DNA of 64,000 bases from an uncultured Actinomycetota bacterium (GTDB lineage Bacteria > Actinomycetota > Actinomycetes > CAVWCF01): contig CAVWCF010000001.1 in assembly GCA_963753435.1 (NCBI GenBank), positions 64,001 through 128,000 of the forward strand, in the 5' to 3' direction. A program made the translations under genes and the position numbers. The notes under the pieces are model-generated. The model ran no database searches. It worked only from the letters and a program-made list of their open reading frames with translations, and was not told the DNA's origin. Of the stretch, positions 49,209-60,209 are shown one piece after another; position 1 is the stretch's first letter; each line of letters starts with the position of its first letter.

Positions 49209-52200
49209 GTGGCCGACTCGTTCGTGCATCTGCACGTGCACACCGAGTACTCCATGCTCGACGGCGCCGCTCGCGTGTCCGACCTGTTCGCCGAGGCCGC
49301 GGCGCAGGGCATGCCCGCGTTGGCCATGACCGACCACGGCAACCTGTTCGGTGCGTACGAGTTCTTCCAGGCGGGCAAAGCGGCCGGGGTCAAGCCGATC
49401 ATCGGCATGGAGGGCTACTACGTCCCCCTCGGCAGCCGACATGACCGGGAGCCGTTCTCCTTCGGCCAGGCGGTCAGCGCCGAGGTCGGTGATGAGGGCA
49501 CTCCGCGCGGCAAGTCGAACTACACCCACATCACGCTGCTGGCCGAATCCACGCAGGGCCTGCACAACCTGTTCCGCATCTCCAGCCTGGCCTACCTGGA
49601 GGGGTACTTCCGCAAGTACCCACGCCTGGACGCCGAGCTGCTGAGCACGCATGGGCAAGGAATCATTGCGACCACCGGATGCCCATCCGGTGAGGTCAAC
49701 CGGTGGCTGCAGGTCGGTCAGTACGACAAGGCGCGCGAGGCAGCAGCCAACCTTCGGGACGTACTCGGTCCGGACAACTACTTCTGCGAGTTGATGGACC
49801 ACGGCCTCGACATCGAGCGTCGCCACCGCGACGACCTGCTGCGGTTGGCGCGTGACCTCGGCTTGCCGCTGCTCGCGACGAACGATTTGCACTACACCCA
49901 CGCCACCGACGCCGAAGCACACGACGCGCTGCTTTGTGTGCAGACCGGCCGGATGATCGCCGACGAGAAGCGCTTCCGCTTCGACGCCAGGGACTTCTAT
50001 CTGAAGACAGCTGCGGAGATGCGCGCGGTTTGGGCCGATTTCCCCGAAGCGGTGGAAAACACCTTGCTGGTGGCCGAACGCTGCAGCGCGGAGTTCGGCC
50101 AGTCCCGCGACCTCATGCCCCGTTTCGATGTGCCGGCCGGCGAGTCGGAGGAGTCGTGGCTGGTGAAAGAGGTGGAGCGGGGCCTGCAGCGTCGCTTCCC
50201 TGAGGGCGTGCCCGACGAGCACCGGCGGCAGGCCGAGTACGAGGTCGGGGTCGTCTCCCAGATGGGCTACCCGGGGTACTTCCTGGTCGTTGCCGACCTG
50301 GTGCGGTACGCGCACGAGCAGGGCATCCGAGTCGGCCCCGGGCGTGGATCGGCGGCGGGCTCCCTGATCGCGTACGCCTTGGGCATCACCGAACTCGATC
50401 CGTTGGCGCACCGACTCTTGTTCGAGCGGTTCCTGAACCCGGAGCGAGTGTCGATGCCCGACATCGACATCGACTTCGACGAGCGCCGTCGTGCGGAGAT
50501 GATCAAGTACGCCACCGACAAGTACGGCGAGGACCGCGTCGCACAGATCGTCACCTACTCGACCATCAAGGCCAAGGCCGCAGTCCGCGACTCCGCCCGC
50601 GTGCTCGGGTACCCCTACGCCCTGGGCGATCGGCTCACAAAAGCCATGCCACCGGCGGTTATGGGCCGCGACATCTCCCTTCCCGGACTGTTCGACCCCA
50701 AGCACGAGCGGTACGGCGAGGGAGTGGAGTTCCGCACGCTTTACGAGACCGACCCGGACGCCAAGCGGGTGGTCGATACGGCCCGGGGCCTGGAAGGACT
50801 CAAGCGGCAAGCGGGTGTGCACGCCGCGGGCGTGATCCTCTCCGCCGAGCCGCTGATGGATGTCATCCCGATCATGCGGCACGCCGACGGCGGCATCATC
50901 ACGCAGTTGGACATGGGGGCATGCGAGTCCCTGGGTCTGCTCAAGATGGATTTCCTCGGCCTACGCAACCTCACGGTCCTGGAGGACTGCCTCGCGCATA
51001 TCCGCGCCAACCGTGGTGCGGAAGTGCTGCTGGAATCGTTGCCGTTGGAGGACCGGCCGACGTTCGAGTTGTTGTCCCGCGGGGACACCCTCGGTGTGTT
51101 CCAGTTGGACGGCGGACCGATGCGGCAGTTGCTGCGCTCCATGCAGCCGGACTCGTTCGAGGACATCTCCGCGGTGCTGGCGCTGTACCGCCCCGGACCC
51201 ATGGGTGCAAACGCGCACAACGACTACGCCGACCGCAAGAACAAGCGCAAGCAGGTGGAGCCGATTCATCCGGAGTTGGCGGAACCACTGGCCGACATCC
51301 TGGGGGAGACCTACGGGGTGATCGTCTACCAGGAGCAGGTCATGGCCATCGCCCAGGCCGTCGCCGGCTACTCCCTGGGACAGGCGGATCTGCTGCGCCG
51401 TGCCATGGGCAAGAAGAAGAAGGAGATCCTCGACAAGGAGTACGTGCCTTTCGCCGCCGGCATGAAGGAGCGCGGCTACTCCGACTCCGCGATCAAGCGG
51501 CTCTGGGACATCCTGGTCCCGTTCGCCGACTACGCGTTCAACCGAGCACACACAGCCGGGTACGGCCTGGTCTCCTACTGGACCGCCTACCTCAAGGCCA
51601 ACTACCCGGCCGAGTACATGGCCGCGCTGTTGACCAGCGTCAAGGAGAACAAGGACAAGGCGGCGGCATACCTGAACGAGTGCCGACGGATGAAGATCAC
51701 CGTGCTGCCGCCGGACGTCAACGAGTCCGACTCGGACTTCACGCCCCGTGGCAAGGACATCCGCTTCGGGTTGTCCGCGGTGCGCAACGTCGGCGAGGGC
51801 GTGGTCCAAGGAATCCTGGCCGCTCGCGGGACAGACGACCCGTTCACCGACTTCGCCGACTTCTTGGCGCGGGTGAACGCCTCCGTGTGCAACAAGAGGG
51901 TGGTTGAGTCGCTGATCCGCGCCGGAGCCTTCGACAGCCTCGGGCACACCCGGCAGGGGCTCATCACCGTGCATGCCGAGGCGGTGGACCTGGCCCTGTC
52001 CCTGAAGCGCAACGAGGCCGTGGGTCAGTTCGATCTGTTCAGCAGCGACGAGCCGGGTGAGCGCGAGGCCACAGACACGATCGCTATCCCTGAGGTGGAG
52101 TGGGACAAGGCCACGTTGCTGGCCGCGGAGCGGGAGATGCTCGGCCTGTACGTCTCCGATCACCCGCTGCTGGGGGTCGAGCATCTGCTTAAGCGAGCTG

Positions 52201-52736
52201 CGGACTCGTCGATCACAGCCCTGGTAAACGGATCGGATGTCCCAGACGGCGCCGTGGTGACCGTCGGCGGCCTGATCACGAACGTACAGCCGAAGGTGAC
52301 CAAGAAGGGCGAGCGCTGGGCGATCCTCACGTTCGAGGACTTGGCCGCCAGCATCGAGGTCCGGGTCTTCTCCGCGGCATACCGAGCCGCGGGCACGCTC
52401 CTGCATCCGGACTCGGTGGTCCTGATCCGTGGGCGGCTGGAACGCCGCGACGACGCGGTCGGACTGATCGCAATGGACGTGACCCAGCCCGACCTGGGGC
52501 AGGTGGACGCGGGACCAGTCGTGATCACTCTGCCGGCCAGCAGGTGCGTTACCCCGGTGGTGGACCGACTCAAGGACGTCCTGGCTACGCATCCGGGAGC
52601 GGCCGAGGTCCGGCTACGCCTGGAGGCCAGCGAACGAATCACCGAGTGGAAACTGCCCGATGGGCTGCGGGTAGCTCCGGGTCCGGCGCTGTACGGCGAT
52701 CTGAAGGCGCTGCTGGGGCCTTCGGCGGTGGCGTGA
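49209..52736 (+). CDS. dnaE: DNA polymerase III alpha subunit
   Basis: FVHLHVHTEYSMLDG, TDHGN, GRGSAAGS, MPDIDIDF, LLKMDFLGL, YAFN.AH. Confidence 0.98.
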   Translation: MADSFVHLHVHTEYSMLDGAARVSDLFAEAAAQGMPALAMTDHGNLFGAYEFFQAGKAAGVKPIIGMEGYYVPLGSRHDREPFSFGQAVSAEVGDEGTPRGKSNYTHITLLAESTQGLHNLFRISSLAYLEGYFRKYPRLDAELLSTHGQGIIATTGCPSGEVNRWLQVGQYDKAREAAANLRDVLGPDNYFCELMDHGLDIERRHRDDLLRLARDLGLPLLATNDLHYTHATDAEAHDALLCVQTGRMIADEKRFRFDARDFYLKTAAEMRAVWADFPEAVENTLLVAERCSAEFGQSRDLMPRFDVPAGESEESWLVKEVERGLQRRFPEGVPDEHRRQAEYEVGVVSQMGYPGYFLVVADLVRYAHEQGIRVGPGRGSAAGSLIAYALGITELDPLAHRLLFERFLNPERVSMPDIDIDFDERRRAEMIKYATDKYGEDRVAQIVTYSTIKAKAAVRDSARVLGYPYALGDRLTKAMPPAVMGRDISLPGLFDPKHERYGEGVEFRTLYETDPDAKRVVDTARGLEGLKRQAGVHAAGVILSAEPLMDVIPIMRHADGGIITQLDMGACESLGLLKMDFLGLRNLTVLEDCLAHIRANRGAEVLLESLPLEDRPTFELLSRGDTLGVFQLDGGPMRQLLRSMQPDSFEDISAVLALYRPGPMGANAHNDYADRKNKRKQVEPIHPELAEPLADILGETYGVIVYQEQVMAIAQAVAGYSLGQADLLRRAMGKKKKEILDKEYVPFAAGMKERGYSDSAIKRLWDILVPFADYAFNRAHTAGYGLVSYWTAYLKANYPAEYMAALLTSVKENKDKAAAYLNECRRMKITVLPPDVNESDSDFTPRGKDIRFGLSAVRNVGEGVVQGILAARGTDDPFTDFADFLARVNASVCNKRVVESLIRAGAFDSLGHTRQGLITVHAEAVDLALSLKRNEAVGQFDLFSSDEPGEREATDTIAIPEVEWDKATLLAAEREMLGLYVSDHPLLGVEHLLKRAADSSITALVNGSDVPDGAVVTVGGLITNVQPKVTKKGERWAILTFEDLAASIEVRVFSAAYRAAGTLLHPDSVVLIRGRLERRDDAVGLIAMDVTQPDLGQVDAGPVVITLPASRCVTPVVDRLKDVLATHPGAAEVRLRLEASERITEWKLPDGLRVAPGPALYGDLKALLGPSAVA

Positions 52737-53317
52737 CGGGGCCCAAATCCCTGGGCGGCCGCCCGGCGATCCGAGCAGCGGCGTTCACGGTCTGGGTACT
52801 GGCGCTGGCCGGGGTCGGCTACGGAGCGCTCTGGGCGGCGCTGAGTCCGTCGGAGACCCTTGAGGTCCGCGACGACGGGGTCTATCTGCTGCTCGCTCAG
52901 GGCGAGGGGCGCATTGGGTCGCAGCTGGTCTTCGCCGGTATCGGAGTGGCGGTCGGGCTGCTGGCGGCCGTCCGCTGCTGGCGCCGAGCCCGCTTTCCCA
53001 TACCCATGACGGCGGCGCTGACCGTAGGTGGACTGCTTGCGGCACTGGTCGCCTGGCAGGTCGGGCTGTTGCTGGGCCCCGCAGACATCGACCCCGAGGC
53101 TGCGGTGGGTTCGTTGCTCGACGCGCCCTTGGTGATCGACGCCTACGGCGTTCTACTGGCCGCAGCCTTGGGCGCGGTGGGTACCTGGGCCCTGCTGCTG
53201 TTCCTCACCGAAGATCAGGACCAGCGCGCGACCGCAGCCACCGTGGCGCCAAGCAACTCGATCAACACCGAGGGGGAGAGCCCCACGTCCAGCCCGCGCT
53301 TTCCGCCGGAGACGTAG
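52733..53317 (+). CDS. Hypothetical multi-TM membrane protein
   Basis: About 4 hydrophobic segments; GTGA overlap with the dnaE stop. Confidence 0.65.
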   Translation: MTGPKSLGGRPAIRAAAFTVWVLALAGVGYGALWAALSPSETLEVRDDGVYLLLAQGEGRIGSQLVFAGIGVAVGLLAAVRCWRRARFPIPMTAALTVGGLLAALVAWQVGLLLGPADIDPEAAVGSLLDAPLVIDAYGVLLAAALGAVGTWALLLFLTEDQDQRATAATVAPSNSINTEGESPTSSPRFPPET

Positions 53318-53697
53318 ATCCGGTCGAACCCCGTCGCGCTGACATCCAGGACCGTCGACAGTCGGCGCCTGGTACCGAACGGGCTGATCCCACCGGCCAC
53401 GTATCCGGTGATGCGCTCGGCATCAGCGACCTGCGCCATCACCGCTCGCTTGCCACCAACCGCGCTGGCCAGGGCCTTCAGGTCCAGGGTGGCGCTCACC
53501 GGAACTACGGCCAGGTGGGCGTCGGTGTCCACCGTTGCCACCAAGGTCTTGAACACCTGGTCGTGGGGGAGCCCGAGTTTGTTCGCAGCCTCGAGACCGA
53601 AGTTGGCTTCCCCGTCGTGGTCGTACTCGTGCAGCGAGAAGTCCGCCTTGGCCTGCAGCAGGGCTTTGACGGCCGGGGTGCCGCCGGACTTGACCAC
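53215..53697 (-). CDS. ybaK: Cys-tRNA(Pro) deacylase YbaK
   Basis: TPA, H.Y, VFKTL, LDLK.LA, TGY..GGISP.G, SGG.RG; start 53697 or 53703. Confidence 0.93.
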   Translation of the reverse strand: MVKSGGTPAVKALLQAKADFSLHEYDHDGEANFGLEAANKLGLPHDQVFKTLVATVDTDAHLAVVPVSATLDLKALASAVGGKRAVMAQVADAERITGYVAGGISPFGTRRRLSTVLDVSATGFDRIYVSGGKRGLDVGLSPSVLIELLGATVAAVARWS

Positions 53698-53774
53698 CGC
53701 CACAGGCTAGGCACACGCCGGCGCGACGGCCCCGATTCGACGCGACCCGGCGCGCACCTAAACTCCGGCAAGCC

Positions 53775-55073
53775 ATGATCCGCCGAATAGACCTCCGTGG
53801 GAGGACCGCGTCCGCCGAGGACGTGCTGCCGCGTGCGAAGCTGGATGTGTCCGCGGCAGTCGAATCGGTCGGTCCGCTCCTAGACGACATCCGCACCCGT
53901 GGTGATGCCGCGGTCCGCGCGGCCACCAGCCGTTTCGACGGAGTCGACTTGGCGGCTCTGCGCGTACCCGCCGAGGCGCTGCGGCGCGCGCTTGCCGAGT
54001 TGGACCCGAGGGTTCGGGCGGCACTGGAGGAGGCTCGTCGCCGGGCGGTCGCCGTTCACCAGGCGCAGTTGCGCCCTGATGCAGTGGTCGATGTTGTGCC
54101 CGGCGGGCGCGTCACCGAGCGCTGGCTGCCGGTGGGTCGCGTCGGCCTCTATGTGCCGGGTGGCCTGGTGGCCTATCCCAGCAGCGTGGTGATGAACGTG
54201 GTGCCCGCGCAGGTCGCCGGTGTGTCCTCGTTGGCAGTCGCCAGCCCGCCACAGGCGCAGTTCGATGGTCTGCCGCACCCCGCAGTGCTGGCGGCCTGCG
54301 AACTACTCGGCGTGGCGGAGGTGTACGCGGTTGGCGGCGCCCAGGCGATCGGCATGTTCGCGTTCGGAACGGAGTCCTGCCCACGTGTGGACCTGGTCAC
54401 CGGCCCGGGCAACGTCTACGTGGCCGCGGCCAAGCGGCTCGTGGCCGGCCGCGTGGGTATCGATGCAGAGGCCGGTCCCACCGAGATCGGCATCCTTGCC
54501 GACGATTCCGCCGACCCGGCCTTCGTGGCGGCCGATCTGATCGCTCAGGCCGAACACGACCCGAACGCCTCCTGCCTGCTCGTCACGGATTCGCCGGCCC
54601 TGCTAGACGCTGTTGACGTCGAGTTGGCGCGCCAGGTGCCAATCACCCGACACACGGAACGGGTGCAGACGGCGCTGACGAATCAGTCGGCGTTCGCGCT
54701 CGTCGACGACCTTGACGCCGGACTCGCGGTCGTCGACTCCTGGGCGGCCGAGCACCTGGAGGTCTTGACCCGCGACGCCGCCGAACGCGCGCGCCGGGTG
54801 CGTAACGCGGGGGCGATCTTCGTCGGGCCGTATTCCCCGGTCAGCCTCGGCGACTACCTGGCCGGTTCCAACCACGTGCTCCCGACTGGTGGTACGGCGC
54901 GGTTCACCGGTGGACTGTCGGTGGAGACCTTCCTGCGGGGGATTCACCTGGTGGAGTACGACCGGGACGCGCTTGCCGGCATCGCCGACCACGTCACGGC
55001 GTTGGGCGGCGCGGAGGACCTGGCTGCTCATGTCGATGCCGTCCGCGTCCGGACCGGACCAGGCCCGACATGA
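53775..55073 (+). CDS. hisD: Histidinol dehydrogenase
   Basis: GLYVPGG, GGAQAI, GPGN.YV, AGPTE, QAEHD, EHLE, GDY.AG.NHVLPT. Confidence 0.97.
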   Translation: MIRRIDLRGRTASAEDVLPRAKLDVSAAVESVGPLLDDIRTRGDAAVRAATSRFDGVDLAALRVPAEALRRALAELDPRVRAALEEARRRAVAVHQAQLRPDAVVDVVPGGRVTERWLPVGRVGLYVPGGLVAYPSSVVMNVVPAQVAGVSSLAVASPPQAQFDGLPHPAVLAACELLGVAEVYAVGGAQAIGMFAFGTESCPRVDLVTGPGNVYVAAAKRLVAGRVGIDAEAGPTEIGILADDSADPAFVAADLIAQAEHDPNASCLLVTDSPALLDAVDVELARQVPITRHTERVQTALTNQSAFALVDDLDAGLAVVDSWAAEHLEVLTRDAAERARRVRNAGAIFVGPYSPVSLGDYLAGSNHVLPTGGTARFTGGLSVETFLRGIHLVEYDRDALAGIADHVTALGGAEDLAAHVDAVRVRTGPGPT

Positions 55074-56167
55074 CCGGCGAGCGGCCCGAATTGGAGATGC
55101 TGCTTCGGGCGGACCTGCGCGGTCTGGATCCCTATGGGGCGCCGCAACTTGATGTGCCGGTTCGGCTGAACGTAAACGAGAACCCCTACGCGCCGGACGA
55201 CGAACTCGTCGATGACCTGACCATGGCGATCGCGCACGCGGCGCGCACGCTGAATCGCTACCCGGATCGTGACGCCGTCGCGCTGCGCTTGGAGTTGGCC
55301 GACTACTTGCACCAGCGGGAGTGGGTGCAGTTGTCGGCGGAGCACATCTGGGTCGCCAACGGATCCAACGAACTGATGCTGCAGTTGCTGCAGGCCTTCG
55401 GTGGTCCCGGCCGGGTGGCCCTCAGCTTCGCACCGACGTACTCGATGTACCCGGAGTACTGCCGCGACACCTTCACCGAGTACCAGACCGTGGATCGGCT
55501 GCCGGACTTCGGCATAGATCGGACTGCGGCTCTGCACGCGATCGCCGAACACCAGCCCGACGTGGTGTTGCTGGCCAGCCCAAACAACCCGACCGGGACG
55601 GCTCTGGAGTCCGACACGCTTGCGGCGATCCTGGCGGCCGCGCCAGGCCTGGTCGTGGTCGACGAGGCCTACGCGGAGTTCCGGCGCCCGGGCACCCCGA
55701 CCGCGCTGAGCCTGCTGGCCGACCACCCCAGGCTGGTCGTCACCCGGACCATGAGCAAGGCGTTCGCGCTGGCGGGTGCCCGCGTCGGCTACTTGGCCGC
55801 GGATCCCGTGATCGTGCGGTCGCTGCAGGTTGTCCGGCTTCCTTACCACCTGTCGGCGGTGACCCAGGCGGTCGCGCGCACGGCCCTCGCGCACGCCGAC
55901 TCATTGCTCGCGCAGGTGGACGATCTGCGCAGCGGCCGCGACGAGTTGGTCCAGTGGTTGCGCGACAACGGCCTTGAGGTCGCCGAGTCCGACGCCAACT
56001 TCGTGCTGTTCGGGCGATTTCCGGACCGGCACCAGGTGTGGTCGCAGCTCCTGGACCGAGGCGTGCTGATCCGGGAGACCGGCCCGGATGGTTGGCTTCG
56101 GGTGAGCATTGGCACGCCGGAGGAGATGCGCGCGTTTCGGCGGGCGCTTGAGGAGGTCATCGCGTGA
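55070..56167 (+). CDS. hisC: Histidinol-phosphate aminotransferase
   Basis: [40 protein letters not shown]. Confidence 0.97.
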   Translation: MTGERPELEMLLRADLRGLDPYGAPQLDVPVRLNVNENPYAPDDELVDDLTMAIAHAARTLNRYPDRDAVALRLELADYLHQREWVQLSAEHIWVANGSNELMLQLLQAFGGPGRVALSFAPTYSMYPEYCRDTFTEYQTVDRLPDFGIDRTAALHAIAEHQPDVVLLASPNNPTGTALESDTLAAILAAAPGLVVVDEAYAEFRRPGTPTALSLLADHPRLVVTRTMSKAFALAGARVGYLAADPVIVRSLQVVRLPYHLSAVTQAVARTALAHADSLLAQVDDLRSGRDELVQWLRDNGLEVAESDANFVLFGRFPDRHQVWSQLLDRGVLIRETGPDGWLRVSIGTPEEMRAFRRALEEVIA

Positions 56168-56751
56168 GCCGCACAGCGACGGTCCAGCGCAACACCAAGG
56201 AATCCCAGGTCGCGGTCACCCTCGACCTGGACGGGTCCGGTGACGTCAACGTGGCCACCGGCGTGCCGTTCTTCGACCACATGTTGGCGCAGCTCGGAAA
56301 GCACGGCGGACTGGACCTGTCGGTGCAGACGATCGGCGATCTCGATGTTGATGCCCACCACACTGTTGAGGACACGTCACTGGCGGTCGGCCAGGCGCTG
56401 CGGGAAGCGTTGGGGGACAAGGCCGGCATCCGCCGATTCGGTGACGCACTGGTACCCCTTGACGAGACCCTGGTCCAGGCCGCCGTCGACCTGTCCGGTC
56501 GTCCCTACGTGGTGCACACCGAGCCGGAGATCGTTGAACTCATCGGCACCTACGACACAACTCTCACCCGGCACATCTGGGAGTCGATCGTTGCCGAGGC
56601 GCGGATCTGCCTGCACGTGCGCGTACTTTCCGGACGCAACGCCCACCACGTGGTCGAGGCGCAGTTCAAGGCGGTGGCGCGCGCGCTGCGAGTGGCGGCA
56701 TCCCGCGACGAGCGCGTGATTGGGATCCCGTCGACCAAGGGCAGCCTGTAG
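56164..56751 (+). CDS. hisB: Imidazoleglycerol-phosphate dehydratase
   Basis: R.TKE, FFDHML, DAHHTVED, NAHH..EA.FKA, PSTKG. Confidence 0.98.
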   Translation: MSRTATVQRNTKESQVAVTLDLDGSGDVNVATGVPFFDHMLAQLGKHGGLDLSVQTIGDLDVDAHHTVEDTSLAVGQALREALGDKAGIRRFGDALVPLDETLVQAAVDLSGRPYVVHTEPEIVELIGTYDTTLTRHIWESIVAEARICLHVRVLSGRNAHHVVEAQFKAVARALRVAASRDERVIGIPSTKGSL

Positions 56752-56758
56752 CGGCGCC

Positions 56759-56908
56759 ATGATCAGCATCCTGATGCTTGCCTTGGCAGGTTTTCTCGGC
56801 GGTGGCTCCTACTCGTTGTTCCGTAATGAGCACCGTGTCGGCGCGGTCGTTGTGGGTGTGGGTGCGGCGTTGGCATTGGCCGCCGGACTGGCCTGGTGGG
56901 GGCAGTGA
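56759..56908 (+). CDS. Small two-TM membrane protein
   Basis: [20 protein letters not shown]; stop overlaps the hisH GTG. Confidence 0.6.
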   Translation: MISILMLALAGFLGGGSYSLFRNEHRVGAVVVGVGAALALAAGLAWWGQ

Positions 56909-57540
56909 CCGCTCGCCCTCGAGTAGCCGTGCTCGACTACGGCTCAGGCAACGTGCGCTCGGCGGTTCGCGCCATTGAGGCAGCCGGCGCCGATGCCGTG
57001 CTGACCGCCGACCTCGACGTTTGCCGCACCGCCGACGGCCTGGTCGTGCCTGGCGTCGGAGCATTTGCTTCCTGCATGCAGGGGCTTCGCGAAGTCGGGG
57101 CGCCACGGCTGATCGACACCCGGCTGGCCGGTGGCCGGCCGGTACTGGGCATTTGCGTGGGCATGCAGGTGTTGTTCGAGTCCGGCGACGAGCACGGTGT
57201 CCACAGTGACGGGCTGGGGCAGTGGCCGGGGACGGTGGAACGGCTGCGCGCCGACGTCTTGCCGCACATGGGTTGGAACACCGTTCAGGCGCCGACGGAT
57301 TCGGTTCTGTTCGCCGGTGTTGGCGATGAGCGCTTCTACTTCGTGCACTCCTACGCGGCGCGCGCGTGGACTCTGGCCCCGGACTCCCGACTCGCGGACC
57401 CGCTGGTCACCTACAGCACGCATGGCGAGCCGTTCGTGGCCGCTGTTGAGAACGGTGCACTTACGGCCACACAGTTTCATCCGGAGAAATCCGGATCCGC
57501 GGGGCTGCGCTTGCTGGGCAATTGGATATTGACGCTATGA
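56905..57540 (+). CDS. hisH: IGP synthase glutaminase subunit
   Basis: DYGSGN, PGVGAF, GICVGMQ, PHMGWN, FVHSY, QFHPEKS. Confidence 0.98.
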   Translation: MTARPRVAVLDYGSGNVRSAVRAIEAAGADAVLTADLDVCRTADGLVVPGVGAFASCMQGLREVGAPRLIDTRLAGGRPVLGICVGMQVLFESGDEHGVHSDGLGQWPGTVERLRADVLPHMGWNTVQAPTDSVLFAGVGDERFYFVHSYAARAWTLAPDSRLADPLVTYSTHGEPFVAAVENGALTATQFHPEKSGSAGLRLLGNWILTL

Positions 57541-57552
57541 CGAGGTGGGTTA

Positions 57553-58284
57553 ATGAGTGACAAGCTGGTGCTGTTGCCGGCGGTAGACGTTGCCGACGGG
57601 CAAGCGGTCCGCCTCGTTCAGGGCGAGGCTGGATCGGAGACCGATTACGGAGACCCCGCCGACGCGGCCCTGGCGTGGCAGCAGGCCGGTGCGGAGTGGA
57701 TCCACCTCGTTGACTTGGACGCGGCGTTCGGCCGCGGATCGAATGCTGACTTGCTGGCCGACCTGGTCCGGCGGCTGGACGTCGACGTGGAGTTGTCCGG
57801 CGGCATACGTGATGACGCTTCGCTGCGAGCCGCGCTGGCTACCGGCTGCCGCCGCGTCAACCTGGGCACCGCTGCGCTGGAGGACCCGGACTGGACGCGG
57901 CGCGTGATCGCCGAGCATGGCGATCGGATTGCCGTTGGCCTGGACGTGCGTGGCAGCACGTTGGCCGCCCGCGGTTGGACGTCCGAAGGTGGCGATCTGT
58001 GGGAGACCCTGGCGCGCCTGGATGCCGACGGTTGCGCCCGGTACGTGGTCACTGACGTAACCAAGGACGGCACCTTGACCGGTCCCAACCTCGATCTCCT
58101 CGCCCGGGTGTGCGCGGCTACGGACCGACCGGTCATTGCCTCCGGCGGGGTGAGCAGCTTGGCGGATCTGCGCGCGCTGTCGGCGCTCGTTCCCGACGGC
58201 GTTGAGGGTGCCATCGTCGGCAAGGCGCTGTACGCCGGCGCATTCACGCTCACCGAGGCGTTGCAGGCGGTGTCCGGCAACTGA
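57553..58284 (+). CDS. priA: Bifunctional HisA/TrpF isomerase PriA
   Basis: [45 protein letters not shown]. Confidence 0.93.
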   Translation: MSDKLVLLPAVDVADGQAVRLVQGEAGSETDYGDPADAALAWQQAGAEWIHLVDLDAAFGRGSNADLLADLVRRLDVDVELSGGIRDDASLRAALATGCRRVNLGTAALEDPDWTRRVIAEHGDRIAVGLDVRGSTLAARGWTSEGGDLWETLARLDADGCARYVVTDVTKDGTLTGPNLDLLARVCAATDRPVIASGGVSSLADLRALSALVPDGVEGAIVGKALYAGAFTLTEALQAVSGN

Positions 58285-58961
58285 ACGCCCCCCGCCCCCT
58301 GGCCGAGCTCGTCGATCCGGGCTGGGCCGAAGCGCTTGATCCGGTGGCCGACCGCATCACCGCCATGGGCGGCTTCCTGCGCGCGGAGGTTGCGGCCGGT
58401 CGCGGCTATCTGCCGGCGGGCGCCGACGTGCTGCGCGCCTTCACCTATCCGCTCGCCGACGTGCGGGTGCTGATCGTCGGGCAGGACCCGTACCCGACGC
58501 CGGGGCACCCGGTGGGCCTTTCGTTCTCAGTGGCGGCTGATGTCCGGCCCCTGCCGCGGTCGCTGCAGAACATATTCCGGGAACTGAGCACGGACATCGG
58601 CTGCCCGGTCCCCGCCACGGGCGACCTGTCCCCATGGTGCGACCGCGGGGTAATGCTGCTGAACCGGGTCCTGACGGTTGGGCCGCGCAATCCGGCGTCG
58701 CACCGGGGCAAAGGCTGGGAGCAGATCACCGACCGGGCCATCGATGCCCTCGTTGCGCGGGGTGGTCCGCTGATCGCGATTCTCTGGGGTCGCGACGCAC
58801 AGACACTCCAGCCGCGGCTCGGGAGCATCCCCTGCATCACCAGCGCGCATCCCAGCCCGATGTCCGCCGATCGCGGCTTCTTCGGTTCCAAGCCGTTCAG
58901 CCGCGCCAACGATGCCCTGCTCGCGCAGGGGGCGGAGCCGATCGACTGGACTCTGCCCTAG
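58281..58961 (+). CDS. ung: Uracil-DNA glycosylase family 1 (start uncertain: CTG 58281 or GTG 58344)
   Basis: GQDPYP, GLSFS, LLN.VLTV, SHRGKGW, LWG, HPSP.S. Confidence 0.93.
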   Translation: MNAPRPLAELVDPGWAEALDPVADRITAMGGFLRAEVAAGRGYLPAGADVLRAFTYPLADVRVLIVGQDPYPTPGHPVGLSFSVAADVRPLPRSLQNIFRELSTDIGCPVPATGDLSPWCDRGVMLLNRVLTVGPRNPASHRGKGWEQITDRAIDALVARGGPLIAILWGRDAQTLQPRLGSIPCITSAHPSPMSADRGFFGSKPFSRANDALLAQGAEPIDWTLP

Positions 58962-59356
58962 GCGCCGTTGCCGGCGCCGTTGAGGCGAATCTCGACGCCC
59001 ACATGACCGGACTTGGCCCGCCTCTTGCCAAGCAGTCGGAAGAACTTGAAGGCCAGCCCGAACTTGTCCGTGAATACGCGCTCGACGTCGGCGGTCCCGG
59101 GGTCGTCAAGAAGCCGGGCCGCACCGGGCACCTGCTCGCCACGTAGCCGACCACGACTGTCACAGGGTGCGACGAGTACCGCACCGGAGTTGCGCAGGCG
59201 CTTGGCCTTGCCGGAGTCGGCCTGGGTCCAAACGAGAAGCCGATCGTCCACAGCGGCTACCCACACCGGCGTCGGCACCGCGGTCCCGTCCCGCTTGAAC
59301 GTGGTCAGGCTCAGGTACTTGCCCTGCCCGATTTCGTCGATCTTCGCCTGGCTCAT
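58958..59356 (-). CDS. PPOX-class F420-dependent oxidoreductase
   Basis: [31 protein letters not shown]. Confidence 0.9.
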   Translation of the reverse strand: MSQAKIDEIGQGKYLSLTTFKRDGTAVPTPVWVAAVDDRLLVWTQADSGKAKRLRNSGAVLVAPCDSRGRLRGEQVPGAARLLDDPGTADVERVFTDKFGLAFKFFRLLGKRRAKSGHVGVEIRLNGAGNGA

Positions 59357-59389
59357 GCGGTGAGGATAGGTGTGCCTAGGGTGGTCGGC
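59357..59389. promoter_or_regulatory. Back-to-back putative leaderless promoters (PPOX gene / hisF)
   Basis: TATCCT 6 nt before the minus-strand ATG and TAGGGT 7 nt before the hisF ATG; no SD sequence. Confidence 0.55.
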
Positions 59390-60166
59390 ATGTCGTTGGC
59401 CGTCCGGGTTATTCCGTGTCTGGACGTGGACGCCGGTCGAGTCGTCAAAGGTGTGAACTTCCTGGACCTGCGCGACGCCGGCGACCCGGTGGAACTGGCG
59501 CGCCGCTACGACGAGCAGGGCGCCGACGAGTTGGTTTTCCTCGACATCACCGCCAGTAGTGGCGACCGGGAGACGACCTATGACGTGGTTCGTAGAACTG
59601 CCGAGCAGGTCTTCATCCCGCTCACGGTTGGCGGCGGGGTGCGCAGCGTCGGTGATGTCGACCGGTTGTTACGTGCCGGGGCGGACAAAGTCGGGGTGAA
59701 CACTGCAGCCATCGCCCGACCGGACCTGATCGACGAGATCGCCGCACAGTTCGGCTCTCAGGTCCTGGTGTTGTCGGTGGATGCCCGCCGTGGGGTCGGC
59801 ACCGACTCCGGCTTTGAGGTAACGACGCATGGTGGCCGGCAAGGCACAGGTTTGGACGCCGTCGCCTGGGCGGCCGAGGGGGCCCGGCGCGGGGTTGGGG
59901 AGATCCTGCTCAACTCGATGGATGCCGACGGCACCAAGGACGGCTTTGACCTGGAACTGATTCAGCAGGTGCGCGCCGCTGTGACTGTTCCCGTGATCGC
60001 CAGCGGGGGAGCTGGGTCCCTTGCCGACTTCGCACCGGCTGTGGCGGCCGGCGCGGACGCGGTGCTGGCTGCCAGCGTCTTTCACTTCGGGGAGATGACT
60101 GTGGCTGAGGTCAAGTCCAGCCTGGAGGCGTCGGGTGTGCCGGTTCGCACGGCCACCCGTCCATAG
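59390..60166 (+). CDS. hisF: IGP synthase cyclase subunit
   Basis: [44 protein letters not shown]. Confidence 0.98.
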   Translation: MSLAVRVIPCLDVDAGRVVKGVNFLDLRDAGDPVELARRYDEQGADELVFLDITASSGDRETTYDVVRRTAEQVFIPLTVGGGVRSVGDVDRLLRAGADKVGVNTAAIARPDLIDEIAAQFGSQVLVLSVDARRGVGTDSGFEVTTHGGRQGTGLDAVAWAAEGARRGVGEILLNSMDADGTKDGFDLELIQQVRAAVTVPVIASGGAGSLADFAPAVAAGADAVLAASVFHFGEMTVAEVKSSLEASGVPVRTATRP

Positions 60167-60209
60167 CGAGCAAGTGAGGCAACTGGTCGTAGCCGTAGCG
60201 GTGGTGCGG

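Noticed and set aside
49209-52736. Intein or split in dnaE
   Set aside because: The 1175-aa length and continuous motifs are normal; no intein signatures
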